A program made the position numbers and the translations under genes. Positions 63,685-64,000 of a DNA stretch of 64,000 nt are shown piece after piece. How positions within the stretch are numbered: position 1 is the stretch's first letter; each line of letters starts with the position of its first letter. This DNA comes from Octopus bimaculoides (taxonomy: Eukaryota), in assembly GCF_001194135.2 (NCBI RefSeq), contig NC_068989.1, positions 58,780,401-58,844,400 of the forward strand, in the 5' to 3' direction. The notes beneath the pieces are model-generated. The model ran no database searches and was not told where the DNA came from. It saw only the letters and a list, made by a program, of their open reading frames with translations.

Positions 63685-63840
63685 AAAAAATTTTTTCTGT
63701 CTCCTTTCTTTTTCCTCTTAATCCTTTCTGTGGAAGGGTATAGGCTCGAATCGTAAAAGACTCTTCCGAGCGTTAAACTAATACACCAGCTTGTTGTTCC
63801 GGCACCTGTCTTCGTCTTTTGTTTTCTGTAAATTTGAACA
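63685..63840 (+). mobile_element. Hammerhead-family short element, diverged
   Basis: ATCCTTTCTGTGGAAGGGTATAGGCTCGAATCGTAAAAGAC..CCGAGCGTTAAACTAATACA..CACCTGTCTTCGTC; ends next to a TA-rich tract. Confidence 0.65.
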
Positions 63841-64000
63841 ATATACATATATATACACATGTGTCCATATGTATATTTACGCGCGCGCACACACAGACAC
63901 AGACACAGACACGCACAGACACACACACACACACACACACACCTGTGTGTATGTGCACACGCATGAATGTACATGTATGTATTGACTAACTCCGGGTTTG

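Overview
AT-rich, microsatellite-saturated eukaryotic scaffold with 11 N-gaps. The SINE families and the (TA)/(CA)/(TACA)/(TCTA) load best fit an octopod cephalopod (Octopus-like) short-read assembly; this is inference from repeat character. No host gene can be confidently named. Nearly all long ORFs in the track are microsatellite or N-gap artefacts, or TE remnants. Supported content: (1) a Gypsy LTR retrotransposon at 52403-56408 (-) with a GAATT target-site duplication, PPT, gag zinc knuckles, protease, RNase H and integrase, plus a candidate -1 frameshift signal; (2) an internally deleted L1/Tx1-like LINE at ~47650-50640 (-); (3) a piggyBac 3' half with a TTAA terminus; (4) several mariner/Tc1 remnants and two MITEs; (5) Penelope-like (PLE), RLE, RTE and CR1-like fragments; (6) about 20 copies of three tRNA-headed SINE families. 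Most interesting: a family of ~170-bp (TA)n-associated elements carrying minimal hammerhead-ribozyme cores, one with an intact core locked in a sense/antisense hairpin (14100-14385); and a ~500-bp unit present three times in a palindromic arrangement around the Gypsy insertion (52015-57527) whose most conserved part looks like a small spliced ORF with synonymous-biased divergence. There are also several long inverted repeats and a motif-rich candidate promoter with a plausible ATG-bearing exon downstream.
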